A stretch of 64,000 nucleotides of DNA, taken from IMG/VR virus record IMGVR_UViG_3300037722_001090; one strand, written 5' to 3'. The notes beneath the pieces were generated by a model. The model ran no database searches and was not told the DNA's origin. It saw nothing but the letters and a program-made list of their open reading frames with translations. Position 1 is the stretch's first letter; every line of letters begins with the position of its first letter. The translations under genes were made by a program, and so were the position numbers. Below are positions 7,553 to 16,260 of this stretch, piece by piece. The stretch is from a virus (taxonomy: Duplodnaviria; Caudoviricetes).

Positions 7553-7575
7553 GCCTCTATATAAGCCCCTTAGTA

Positions 7576-7854
7576 CTACATGCTTATTAGGTTCTCGCGT
7601 AAACAGCCTAACCTACATGCTGCTTGATATAGTAATCCTCTATCTACAAGATCACTAACCTTCTCCAATTCAAACATACATCCAGTAATAGCCAGCTTAT
7701 ATACTGGTCTAATCTTAGTAGCACCACTTAAGGACACACAATACATGGTACTGTTATCGCCCTTATATGCACACCTACTGTGCCTATTAACCTCATCACT
7801 AAGAACAACAAACTCGCCTACTACATTGTCATATGTTACGCTCAACATTGTCAT
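7576..7854 (-). CDS. Hypothetical protein, 92 aa; first gene of the leftward arm
   Basis: ORF track; SD GGGAG; ends at a terminator. Confidence 0.7.
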   Translation of the reverse strand: MTMLSVTYDNVVGEFVVLSDEVNRHSRCAYKGDNSTMYCVSLSGATKIRPVYKLAITGCMFELEKVSDLVDRGLLYQAACRLGCLRENLISM

Positions 7855-7943
7855 GATGATTCTCCCTGTTAATTGTTAGAAGTCGACCCCGGGGTTGCAA
7901 ATAGTCCATACCGACCTACATCTATATACCTACAGTCCTTTAA

Positions 7944-8011
7944 TCACTCCAGCCCATTTCAATCTCATATCTAGGCTTTTTAGATCATCACTTCACTCCA
8001 GCCCATTTCAA
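7944..8011. repeat. Perfect 19-bp direct repeat TCACTCCAGCCCATTTCAA x2
   Basis: Copies at 7944-7962 and 7993-8011, in the divergent gap between the two arms. Confidence 0.85.
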
Positions 8012-8270
8012 ATCCACTATAGACTTAAGCTTTTTACTCCACTCCTTTACACGAAACCTTTAATAAGACTTTTCCTTATTAAAACTTTCCCCATATTCGA
8101 TGCCGGGGTCTGTGACAAAAATCTTTTCCATTTTCCCCTATACGTTTCCCTCATATAGGACCAAAGTCATTTTGATTTCATATTTGACCTTTCTAATATG
8201 CACACTTAGCCTATTTCCCTTATTAACATACTGTACATAGATATGTACTTATTTTTTTTAGGAGAACATA

Positions 8271-8912
8271 ATGTCAACATTATACAATGCAGCTACAAAT
8301 AAAATCCCATCTCTTACATCGCCAGAACTTCCAAAAGAAGAAGCACTTAACAGTGTAGGTCCTTGGAAGCAAATCAAGGTCGTAACATTGCAAGATAATG
8401 AACTATCTGTTTCAGGTGCAATTTTACCAGAGAAAGCTTCAGACTTAAAAATACATCTTAAATATGCAAACGATGGTAGCACTAATAATGTTTGGCCATA
8501 TCTAAAGATAAATGAAGGAGTTCCTGGAGATACTATTGAGATAGTAGACCCAAAACACTGGGATCAAATACGCTGTAGTGGATCTTTATGGGATCCAGCA
8601 GGCGTTAAGACAGCGTGGAGCCAGACATCTGATGAGCTTCTTCCATCAGATAATTTACAAGGATATGAAGTAGACATTATTGTTTCTGCTGAACTGGGAA
8701 GAATATACGTTCATGGATTCGGTACTTTATGGAAATATTTAGCAGGCGAATATATTCCATACAAAGTAAATATTTACGGAGAAGATTACGTCAATACCCT
8801 ATATCCTATTTCACTAGATAGTATTTCTAAGTTTGGTATATATAATTGGGAAAACTCAACAGTCAATCTGCATGCTTGTGAACAAATTTCTGCCTGGTAT
8901 AAACCACAATAA
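8271..8912 (+). CDS. Hypothetical beta-rich protein, 213 aa
   Basis: ORF track; SD AGGAG; own terminator. Confidence 0.8.
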   Translation: MSTLYNAATNKIPSLTSPELPKEEALNSVGPWKQIKVVTLQDNELSVSGAILPEKASDLKIHLKYANDGSTNNVWPYLKINEGVPGDTIEIVDPKHWDQIRCSGSLWDPAGVKTAWSQTSDELLPSDNLQGYEVDIIVSAELGRIYVHGFGTLWKYLAGEYIPYKVNIYGEDYVNTLYPISLDSISKFGIYNWENSTVNLHACEQISAWYKPQ

Positions 8913-8924
8913 AATTAAACATGA

Positions 8925-8947
8925 AGGCCCTCTTCGGAGGGCTTTTT
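8925..8947 (+). terminator. Rho-independent terminator
   Basis: GCCCTC-TTCG-GAGGGC followed by TTTTT. Confidence 0.9.
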
Positions 8948-9230
8948 ACAGAAACACAATGCCTTTTATATACCATTTAGAGCCCCATACTTAACCCACA
9001 ATCGCACTTCTCCCCATACATGACACATTATATAGATACGACATAAATACAAATAGTTACCTCTTAACCTTTTCCTCTTTCCCTACTTCCTTACTACTAA
9101 GCTCGAACTAACAATAAGCCACCTATATTAGAGTATTTAACTAACCGACATGCTCATTCTTCGTTAATAACACATAGTAAAAGCTAGTTACATACTAGCT
9201 ATTAACTTAAGAGAGGACAATGGAGGAATA

Positions 9231-9848
9231 ATGACATCACCACTTATGCGTCCTATGTATAAGCATATGGACAGAACCACAGCTACACCATCACTAGTAC
9301 TAGATTATAGGCTTGACAATCCTGGTTATTTTGGAGCATCAGAAATCTCTACGGAATTTCGAAATAACTTTGCTTGCGATTGGCAGAAGAAATTAGAGAT
9401 AAAAGGTAAGACATTGGATGATGTTATCTTAATTATCGGTTTCGATGCAACAGGTTTTGTTACAGCAACATATGGTACAGAAGGTTCACGAATTGATATT
9501 AAATATCCAATTACTGCCATTACAGTCAAAGGCGTAGATAGTAACATGTTATCATATACAGTTCCTGGAATAGACCTGTATGATAGCGTTAATAATCCTA
9601 CTGGACGTGAAATTGTTGTTAACTTCTATGACCCAGACGATAATGGGCCAGCCTGGTTTGACACAGACCTTATTGTTACTGGACCAGATACATTCGACAT
9701 GGCAGTAAGTCATAGCCATGGAGCAGTAGATGGAACTATAGTTCCTGTTGATGAAACCCATTATATGCATATTGATGGTTTCTGGAATAATATATGGCAA
9801 TTAACTTCACTTGGAGCAACTAAAATTATTGCGCTTTATGTAGCTTAA
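9231..9848 (+). CDS. Hypothetical beta-rich protein, 205 aa
   Basis: ORF track; SD GGAGG; own terminator. Confidence 0.8.
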   Translation: MTSPLMRPMYKHMDRTTATPSLVLDYRLDNPGYFGASEISTEFRNNFACDWQKKLEIKGKTLDDVILIIGFDATGFVTATYGTEGSRIDIKYPITAITVKGVDSNMLSYTVPGIDLYDSVNNPTGREIVVNFYDPDDNGPAWFDTDLIVTGPDTFDMAVSHSHGAVDGTIVPVDETHYMHIDGFWNNIWQLTSLGATKIIALYVA

Positions 9849-9857
9849 AAACACATT

Positions 9858-9885
9858 AGGCCTCTCTTAATCGGGAGGCTTTTTT
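9858..9885 (+). terminator. Rho-independent terminator
   Basis: GCCTCTC-TTAATC-GGGAGGC followed by TTTTTT. Confidence 0.85.
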
Positions 9886-10000
9886 GTATCTAAAATCTAT
9901 ACCAGCTTTTCATAATATATTTATTTAAGGGAACGTGTAACAGTAGTTATTAACATAAAGGACAGTATCGTTACTGCCTATAAACATTGGAGTATATAAT

Positions 10001-10162
10001 ATGAGCAATAAGAAGATAGCTAAAAAAACAGTAGATATTCCTAGTGATCTATTTGAAAAGATTATGACTTATTCACATGAGAATAAGATATATAAGTTTA
10101 GTCCTGCAGTTATTCAATTAATTGAAATTGCACTAAAGAGCCTTGAGGAAGGAGATGGATAA
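10001..10162 (+). CDS. Ribbon-helix-helix DNA-binding protein, 53 aa (not in the ORF track)
   Basis: Hand-translated MSNKKIAKKTVDIPSDLFEKIMTYSHENKIYKFSPAVIQLIEIALKSLEEGDG, an Arc/CopG-like strand-helix-helix pattern. SD GGAG; TAATG coupling to the next gene. Confidence 0.7.
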   Translation: MSNKKIAKKTVDIPSDLFEKIMTYSHENKIYKFSPAVIQLIEIALKSLEEGDG

Positions 10163-10581
10163 TGGAAATGGAAACTATTGATGCACTAAGCTTCGATAAA
10201 GAAATGTCTTATGATAGAGTTGTAGGATGTACATTTAAGGACTATAAAGGTGAAATATGGGACCTTAACCATTCTCTAATTAGATCGCCTGTTTCTGTCA
10301 TCGACAATAAGCTTACTATTAGCTTAGATATTAAGAATGGTATCGACAACCTTATATCTTTTGCTACACAAAAAATGAGAATGAGAGACAAAGATAATGA
10401 ACTAGAGATCGCAATGAGTAATGATCAGTTATCTCTATGTTTCTTTAACTTTAAATGTATCTCTCAAACTAGTATTGGAATCCACGATGGTACTATAGAT
10501 CTTACATTTGATATTGGAAGATTTACTACTACAGTACAAAGCAATTATTCAGAAACAGAATATGTAAAGAAAAGAGACTAG
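10162..10581 (+). CDS. Hypothetical protein, 139 aa
   Basis: ORF track; coupled to the RHH gene. Confidence 0.75.
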   Translation: MEMETIDALSFDKEMSYDRVVGCTFKDYKGEIWDLNHSLIRSPVSVIDNKLTISLDIKNGIDNLISFATQKMRMRDKDNELEIAMSNDQLSLCFFNFKCISQTSIGIHDGTIDLTFDIGRFTTTVQSNYSETEYVKKRD

Positions 10582-10599
10582 ACATGAAAGGAGACTACC

Positions 10600-10899
10600 A
10601 TGAACCCGACAGGTCAAATTATAACCTACAGAAAAAAGAGACTGTTTGGTCTTATAGTCTCAAACCTACTAGCAATAAGGTACGATAGAGATAATTTTAT
10701 TGTGCTTGATAATGATGGAAAGCCGTATAAAGAAAAAGCCTCTACTTTACAGGATAGCATTGAAACATCTTACACTGTAAGATCTGGCATGTTTAAGTTA
10801 ATGCAAGGCAGAAGATTCTTAGAAAAAGCTATATTTAATAGCGAAACATGGGATAAAGATAAGTTTCTCCGGGCTTATCTTAATATTGTAGGAGAATAA
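10600..10899 (+). CDS. Hypothetical protein, 99 aa
   Basis: ORF track; SD AAAGGAG. Confidence 0.75.
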   Translation: MNPTGQIITYRKKRLFGLIVSNLLAIRYDRDNFIVLDNDGKPYKEKASTLQDSIETSYTVRSGMFKLMQGRRFLEKAIFNSETWDKDKFLRAYLNIVGE

Positions 10900-10909
10900 G
10901 GGTAGATTT

Positions 10910-11686
10910 ATGAGTGACAAATTTAAAGACATCGCTGCGCCAGCAGGCTCGTTAGCTGATGTTATGCATGAACTAAAAGTAATTAATGCTCCTAAAGGGA
11001 TTGATCGAATTAGAAATGTTCTTGCAATGAGAATGAATCAGTATTCAAACATAAATCTTACACCTAGTGAAGTAAGAAACATTGCTACTTCGTTTGCTAA
11101 TATAGAGACGGGATCATCTACAAATCTTGTAGTTATATGTAGTAAAAAAGGGTGCTTATATAAAGGTAGATGTGCTTTATTTGTTGCAGATAAGGCTCCT
11201 GAAGGTAAAGAATGTTTACATGAAAATAAGGTTCTTATGGATGCTATGGACCGATATATTGAATCTCTAGAGATAGAGACTGACAATTATGCTGAAATGG
11301 TAATGGTTAACCAGTTAGTTGAATATGAGCTTATTGAGTTCAGGTGTAATACGATCTTATCTTATGACCATCAGAATATGAAGATGGAGATAGTAGTAGG
11401 CGTAGATGATAATGGCCAATTAGTTACTAAAGAAGACATTTCTCATGCCTTACAGATTAAACTGCAGATATTTAAAAATAAAATGGTACTTCTACAAGAA
11501 CTAACAGCTACTCGTAAAGAGATTTATAAGAAGCAAGCCGCTCTTAAAGAAGGTAAAGATGGACCTACTAAGGTTATTTCCGGAATGAAAGCTCAGCTTG
11601 AGAAGATGAAGAGAGACGCTGTAAATGCAGAAGAAGTTCATTATGAACTTAATGCTTTGGCAGATGATGATTTAATAAATGAGTAA
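10910..11686 (+). CDS. Hypothetical protein with Cys cluster; possible terminase small subunit
   Basis: C-x4-C-x4-C-x11-C followed by long helices; lies upstream of TerL. The function is positional inference only. Confidence 0.45.
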   Translation: MSDKFKDIAAPAGSLADVMHELKVINAPKGIDRIRNVLAMRMNQYSNINLTPSEVRNIATSFANIETGSSTNLVVICSKKGCLYKGRCALFVADKAPEGKECLHENKVLMDAMDRYIESLEIETDNYAEMVMVNQLVEYELIEFRCNTILSYDHQNMKMEIVVGVDDNGQLVTKEDISHALQIKLQIFKNKMVLLQELTATRKEIYKKQAALKEGKDGPTKVISGMKAQLEKMKRDAVNAEEVHYELNALADDDLINE

Positions 11687-11712
11687 GATAATTAAACTTA
11701 AAGGAACAAATA

Positions 11713-12720
11713 ATGAAATACACTGAAGACCAGTTAACTGAACTCTTTAATAAAGTATGCAATGAGAACGTCTTATTTACAATGAGCGACGAAGAAGGAT
11801 ATATTGGTAATGTACTCGACTTATCTTTAGTAAAATACCCTACAGACCCTAAAGCTATACTTAAAGAAACTGTTTTGCCAGATAACTTTGAAGATTCCCT
11901 TATGGAAGAAGAAAGGCTTAGTGAAGACCAGTTAGATGCTATTATTCATCAATTAGATGGTCATTATAAGTGTAGTGGAAATATCTATAAAAGTGAGAGT
12001 GATGATGAGAAATATGTGGTCATTAATGATCTACATATTCCTTTCCATAGGAAAGAAGTAATCGAAGCTCTTGAGAAGGCATATGGAAATAAGGGGTACA
12101 ATTTAGTGCTTGGCGGCGATATTCTTGACTGCTACGACATATCTACTTTTCCTAAGGCTTATGCTGTAGGACTAGGAACAGAAATTAAGACTGCTAAAGA
12201 ATATATTAAGCGCTGGTCTGGCTTATTCAAAAAAGTCTTTGTAGTATCTGGTAACCATGAAGGCAGGCTAGCCTCTTACTTACGCAAAAGAATCTCTCCT
12301 GAGGTCGTACAGTTCCTTCCAGACGATATTTTAGAGAACATTGTAAACGATTTGAAGCTAGATAACATTAAGTATGTACCTGGAGATACATATAACTGGT
12401 TTGTACAGATTGATAATGTAATTATATGTCACCCTAAAAGCTTTGCTAAATCATCTTTAGGTACTGCTGCTCGAGTACAAGAGTTCTTTACTACAAGAGG
12501 ATTTACTGCAGATGTCTTTATTGTTGCTCATACACACAAGCTAGGACAAGCTATTAGGAACGGTGGAACTATTGTAGAGTCTGGATCACTATGCATGCCT
12601 CAAGACTATGCAATGGATGGTAAAGTCTCTTATACGCCTGAAGCTTCTGGATTTGTAGTATTTAAGTCTAGAAACAACAAAGTAGGGTTCAATGACGTAA
12701 GACTTCATTACGTAGGATAA
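11713..12720 (+). CDS. Calcineurin-like metallophosphoesterase
   Basis: Motifs DLH, GDILD, GNHE, CH and AHTH in canonical order, after an acidic N-terminal extension. Confidence 0.9.
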   Translation: MKYTEDQLTELFNKVCNENVLFTMSDEEGYIGNVLDLSLVKYPTDPKAILKETVLPDNFEDSLMEEERLSEDQLDAIIHQLDGHYKCSGNIYKSESDDEKYVVINDLHIPFHRKEVIEALEKAYGNKGYNLVLGGDILDCYDISTFPKAYAVGLGTEIKTAKEYIKRWSGLFKKVFVVSGNHEGRLASYLRKRISPEVVQFLPDDILENIVNDLKLDNIKYVPGDTYNWFVQIDNVIICHPKSFAKSSLGTAARVQEFFTTRGFTADVFIVAHTHKLGQAIRNGGTIVESGSLCMPQDYAMDGKVSYTPEASGFVVFKSRNNKVGFNDVRLHYVG

Positions 12721-12723
12721 TAT

Positions 12724-12966
12724 ATGATAGATTTTAATACACTATCTAAAGCAATGGATCTTCGGAAGAAGCGCGAAGAAAAAGAACAACTATTAGAGCC
12801 CAAGGTGTTTTTAGAGACACATGGAAGGACATATGACTATTTTGTAGATAAATCTTTCTTTAATGTACTAGATTTACTAGATACTATAGAAGTATATGAT
12901 AAAGATGTAGATTTTAGTGAAGCTACATTCGCAATGACTGTAGTCGAAATGCTTAAGGAGGAATAA
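12724..12966 (+). CDS. Hypothetical protein, 80 aa
   Basis: ORF track; tightly packed in the operon. Confidence 0.7.
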   Translation: MIDFNTLSKAMDLRKKREEKEQLLEPKVFLETHGRTYDYFVDKSFFNVLDLLDTIEVYDKDVDFSEATFAMTVVEMLKEE

Positions 12967-12967
12967 T

Positions 12968-13654
12968 ATGCGAGCAGTTTTACCAGTTAAGGGAGACCTA
13001 ACTAAAGCAAAAGTATATAGAAATATGTTCCAAGGTTTTGGTTTAAGTAGATATTTTGCCTTATCATCTATAATTGCAACCGCAGCTACCGCTGGTAATA
13101 CAGCAGTACAGTTTGCTCAAGATGCATCTTCTGGTAGCGAGAATACGTTTGAAAACCTAGGCTATGGAGTTGGTGGCGTTGCAATGGAAGCAGGTTTTGC
13201 TATGTCTGCCATGCAGGTTGCACGTGATCAATGGAAGCAAAACACTACACCAAGTAGAACTATGTATGAGGCTACTAGATCTAAGAATTCAATATACTTA
13301 GCACCAGATGAAAAACTTGGTGGTAAATGGAGAGCACCTAAAGGCACAAAGATGCAAAAAGGATCCTATAATGCTGCAACAGGAGAATTCTTTAAGCATG
13401 GATGGAAAAAAGATATACTATTTGCAGGAGCAGCTATAGGGGCAGGAATGGCTGTATCATGGGCTGCTTCTACTGCTGGTAGAATGGTAGATAACCATAC
13501 AAAAGATGTTAAGTCTAGGTCACAGCTTAACTATGATACTCGTTTCTTTAATACGCAAATGTATGATCAAATGGCATATCAGCAGGCAGGACAATCAATG
13601 GGTGACTATAGTGACCGAATAGTTAGTGTAGCAAGAATTTATCACAAGACGTAA
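12968..13654 (+). CDS. Gly/Ala-rich protein with hydrophobic helices (possible internal virion protein)
   Basis: Several small-residue hydrophobic stretches, e.g. ILFAGAAIGAGMAVSWAAS. Confidence 0.55.
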   Translation: MRAVLPVKGDLTKAKVYRNMFQGFGLSRYFALSSIIATAATAGNTAVQFAQDASSGSENTFENLGYGVGGVAMEAGFAMSAMQVARDQWKQNTTPSRTMYEATRSKNSIYLAPDEKLGGKWRAPKGTKMQKGSYNAATGEFFKHGWKKDILFAGAAIGAGMAVSWAASTAGRMVDNHTKDVKSRSQLNYDTRFFNTQMYDQMAYQQAGQSMGDYSDRIVSVARIYHKT

Positions 13655-13668
13655 CTTAGGAGAAGATA

Positions 13669-14415
13669 ATGGCATATATTCCAAAGAAATTTGCTCCAGG
13701 TGCTGTAAGCGCATTTAATGAAAATAGAGCGGTATTTAAAGGTATGGGCATTAACGACATGTCCCAATTAAATGCAAAATATTTCTCACACGTAAAACCA
13801 GTTAAAGAAAATACCGGAGCTATAGGTGCAGACAGATTACTAAATATTATTAATGGATCATCGCATACTAATGCATCTGGTGCGGCATCAACAGTAGCTC
13901 CAGTTAATGCACCTCGCGTAAATAAGTTTCTAGGCGATAAAGCTAAGAATGTTACAGGCCCAAGGTCACTTGGTGGCTATGCAAGATTAGCTAAGTCAGC
14001 TTTTGGTAAAAGCTTTAAAGGCGGCACTAGTGCAACTCCATTCAATAGTGCATTTACAGGACGCGTATGGATGGGTGCTGCAGCAGGGGCAATAGGTTCA
14101 ATGACGTACTCGGCTGCTGGCATGGGAGTTGGTCGAGAATACTCAGAAGGAAATGGAGTTATTAAGTCTGCCGCTAGAGGAGCAATGCTTGGTGCTACAT
14201 TTGGAGCGATGGGTGTAATGGGTAAAACTATTAGTAATAGCCCACAACTTAGAAAAGCTGGCTATGGCTCAGTTGGTGCAGCCGGTAGAATGACTAGAAG
14301 CTGGGCTGATAGTAGTGTTATGTCTGGAATGATGTATGGATATATTGGACTTACATCTGGTCAGTCTTCATTTACATCTGCAGTAAATAAAGTGAATAAA
14401 AGCGGGAACTATTAA
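13669..14415 (+). CDS. Basic Gly/Ala/Ser-rich protein (possible internal virion protein)
   Basis: Few acidic residues; GAAAGAIG and GAMLGATFGAMG motifs. Confidence 0.55.
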   Translation: MAYIPKKFAPGAVSAFNENRAVFKGMGINDMSQLNAKYFSHVKPVKENTGAIGADRLLNIINGSSHTNASGAASTVAPVNAPRVNKFLGDKAKNVTGPRSLGGYARLAKSAFGKSFKGGTSATPFNSAFTGRVWMGAAAGAIGSMTYSAAGMGVGREYSEGNGVIKSAARGAMLGATFGAMGVMGKTISNSPQLRKAGYGSVGAAGRMTRSWADSSVMSGMMYGYIGLTSGQSSFTSAVNKVNKSGNY

Positions 14416-14417
14416 TT

Positions 14418-16247
14418 ATGAGATTAGACCATCCCAGATTTAAAGATCCTCAATGCCAAGCATGTATCGCTAGAGCTAAGAAGAAATATGGTAAGTTTGC
14501 TATACCATGTAGTGGTATAACTATCGATAAGGACGTTGCTTTTGCTATTAAGAATGGTATGTCTGAAGAAGACGCTAGATATATGTACGACCCTTCTTAT
14601 TTCTTTAAAGAAAGTTATAGATCTGAAGCCAGAGAGTATCAGATACCAATATTAAGGTGTACTAGCCGAAACTTAGTAGCAAGACAATGTAGGCAGACAG
14701 GTAAGACACTAGCTTTTGTAAATAAGATCCTACATTATGTAGGTACTAATGATGATAAGACAGTTCTTATTATTACTCCGCAAGAGAAGCAGATTAAAAA
14801 AATCTGGGATGAGTATATTTTCCGTGATGGTATTGACAAAAATAAAAAATTAAAAGACTCAGTAGTTAGTAAAAGAGAGAAACCATACTATCAAGTAACT
14901 TTTGATAATGGATCTAGAATCTTGCTAATGATCGCCGGCCCAGGTGTCCGTGGACAGACTGCTGACTGGATTTATATTGATGAAGCTGCAATAGTACCAA
15001 ATGATACACTAAAAGATATTTTAATGACAATTGCATCTAGAGGTGATGATGCTACTATCCTTCTAACCTCCACACCTAAAGGTAGAGGTAATGTGTTTTA
15101 TGATGCATGTAAAGAAGATCCATCATTTAATGAGTATCACGTATCAATTGACGATGTACCTGAAATGCATGGACAGATATCTAGATTTAAGAAGCTATTA
15201 GGTGAAACAGGATATATACAAGAAGCACTTGCTGAATTTCCTGCTACCTCAGGTGGTCCATTTAACTTAAATGGTATTACCTTAGCTAAAGATGAGTACG
15301 AATATGAAGACTGCTTTAGAGAACCGGGGTTAATTTACTTTGGTGGCGTAGACTGGAACGGACCAGGTATTGGTACGTATTTCTACATAATTGCATTTGA
15401 TCCTAATCGTACAACACTTAAAATAGTAGACAAGCAAGTAGTTGCTTCTGCTAACTGGAATAGTACAGTAGCAAAGAATTGTTTAATTGAACTTAATAGG
15501 AAATGGGAACCAAAGCACTGGATGTGTGACTACGGATATTCTCAATCACTAATTGAAGAGATTAGACGATACTCAATGCAAGTACAGGCACCAAAAGGAC
15601 ACCCAGATCTAGTAATTAAGCATATTATAGAGACTGTTGCCTTCGGATCAACACTATTAGTAGAGGATCCATTTACTAAAGAAGAAGTTAAGAAAACAGC
15701 AAGGTCATTCATAGTATCACAGGTTGCAAGACTATTTGAACCAAGAGGTGCTGAAGGTGAAGAATGGGTACCATTACGCTTCTCAGCTAGTGATAGTGAG
15801 CTAATTAAATCACTAGAAGTATATAAGTTGTTGCAGATTACTACTACAGGACAAGATAAGTACGGAATAGACCCAAAAGATGGAGTAGAAGACCATGCAG
15901 TTGACGCCTTTATTCTTGCTTGTTATGGTGTAATAAAGTACTATAATGAGTTATTTAAAAGAATAATATATGCATCTGTAGGCTTTAATGCAGAGTCTAT
16001 TTTAGTGCCTCCTCCAGAACCTGAACATGATAATAAAATCATAGCAGGAGGAATCATTTTATTAACAGATAATAGTCCAGAACTGATATACTTGGATGAT
16101 AGTAAAATTAAAGATCCAACTGAAATTAGAGAAATAATTATCTCTAGAACATTTTCAAAGAGCATGAAAAAAAGGTGCTATACCCAAGGAAACTTTTCTG
16201 GTATTATGAAGGGTAGAGGCGGATTAGTTAGAAGAACTAATTTCTAA
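14418..16247 (+). CDS. terL: Terminase large subunit
   Basis: Walker A RQTGKT, Walker B YIDEAA, coupling motif TSTPKG, RNase H-like nuclease GVDWNG...DHAVDA. Confidence 0.95.
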   Translation: MRLDHPRFKDPQCQACIARAKKKYGKFAIPCSGITIDKDVAFAIKNGMSEEDARYMYDPSYFFKESYRSEAREYQIPILRCTSRNLVARQCRQTGKTLAFVNKILHYVGTNDDKTVLIITPQEKQIKKIWDEYIFRDGIDKNKKLKDSVVSKREKPYYQVTFDNGSRILLMIAGPGVRGQTADWIYIDEAAIVPNDTLKDILMTIASRGDDATILLTSTPKGRGNVFYDACKEDPSFNEYHVSIDDVPEMHGQISRFKKLLGETGYIQEALAEFPATSGGPFNLNGITLAKDEYEYEDCFREPGLIYFGGVDWNGPGIGTYFYIIAFDPNRTTLKIVDKQVVASANWNSTVAKNCLIELNRKWEPKHWMCDYGYSQSLIEEIRRYSMQVQAPKGHPDLVIKHIIETVAFGSTLLVEDPFTKEEVKKTARSFIVSQVARLFEPRGAEGEEWVPLRFSASDSELIKSLEVYKLLQITTTGQDKYGIDPKDGVEDHAVDAFILACYGVIKYYNELFKRIIYASVGFNAESILVPPPEPEHDNKIIAGGIILLTDNSPELIYLDDSKIKDPTEIREIIISRTFSKSMKKRCYTQGNFSGIMKGRGGLVRRTNF

Positions 16248-16260
16248 GGAAGAGGTTATA

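Noticed and set aside
5340-7575. Repeat-spacer appearance suggesting a CRISPR array
   Set aside because: The repeats are imperfect, the intervals are 250-900 bp and contain ORFs, and there are no cas genes.
14418-16247. Intein or intron in the terminase
   Set aside because: Normal length, continuous motifs and no splice-junction signatures.
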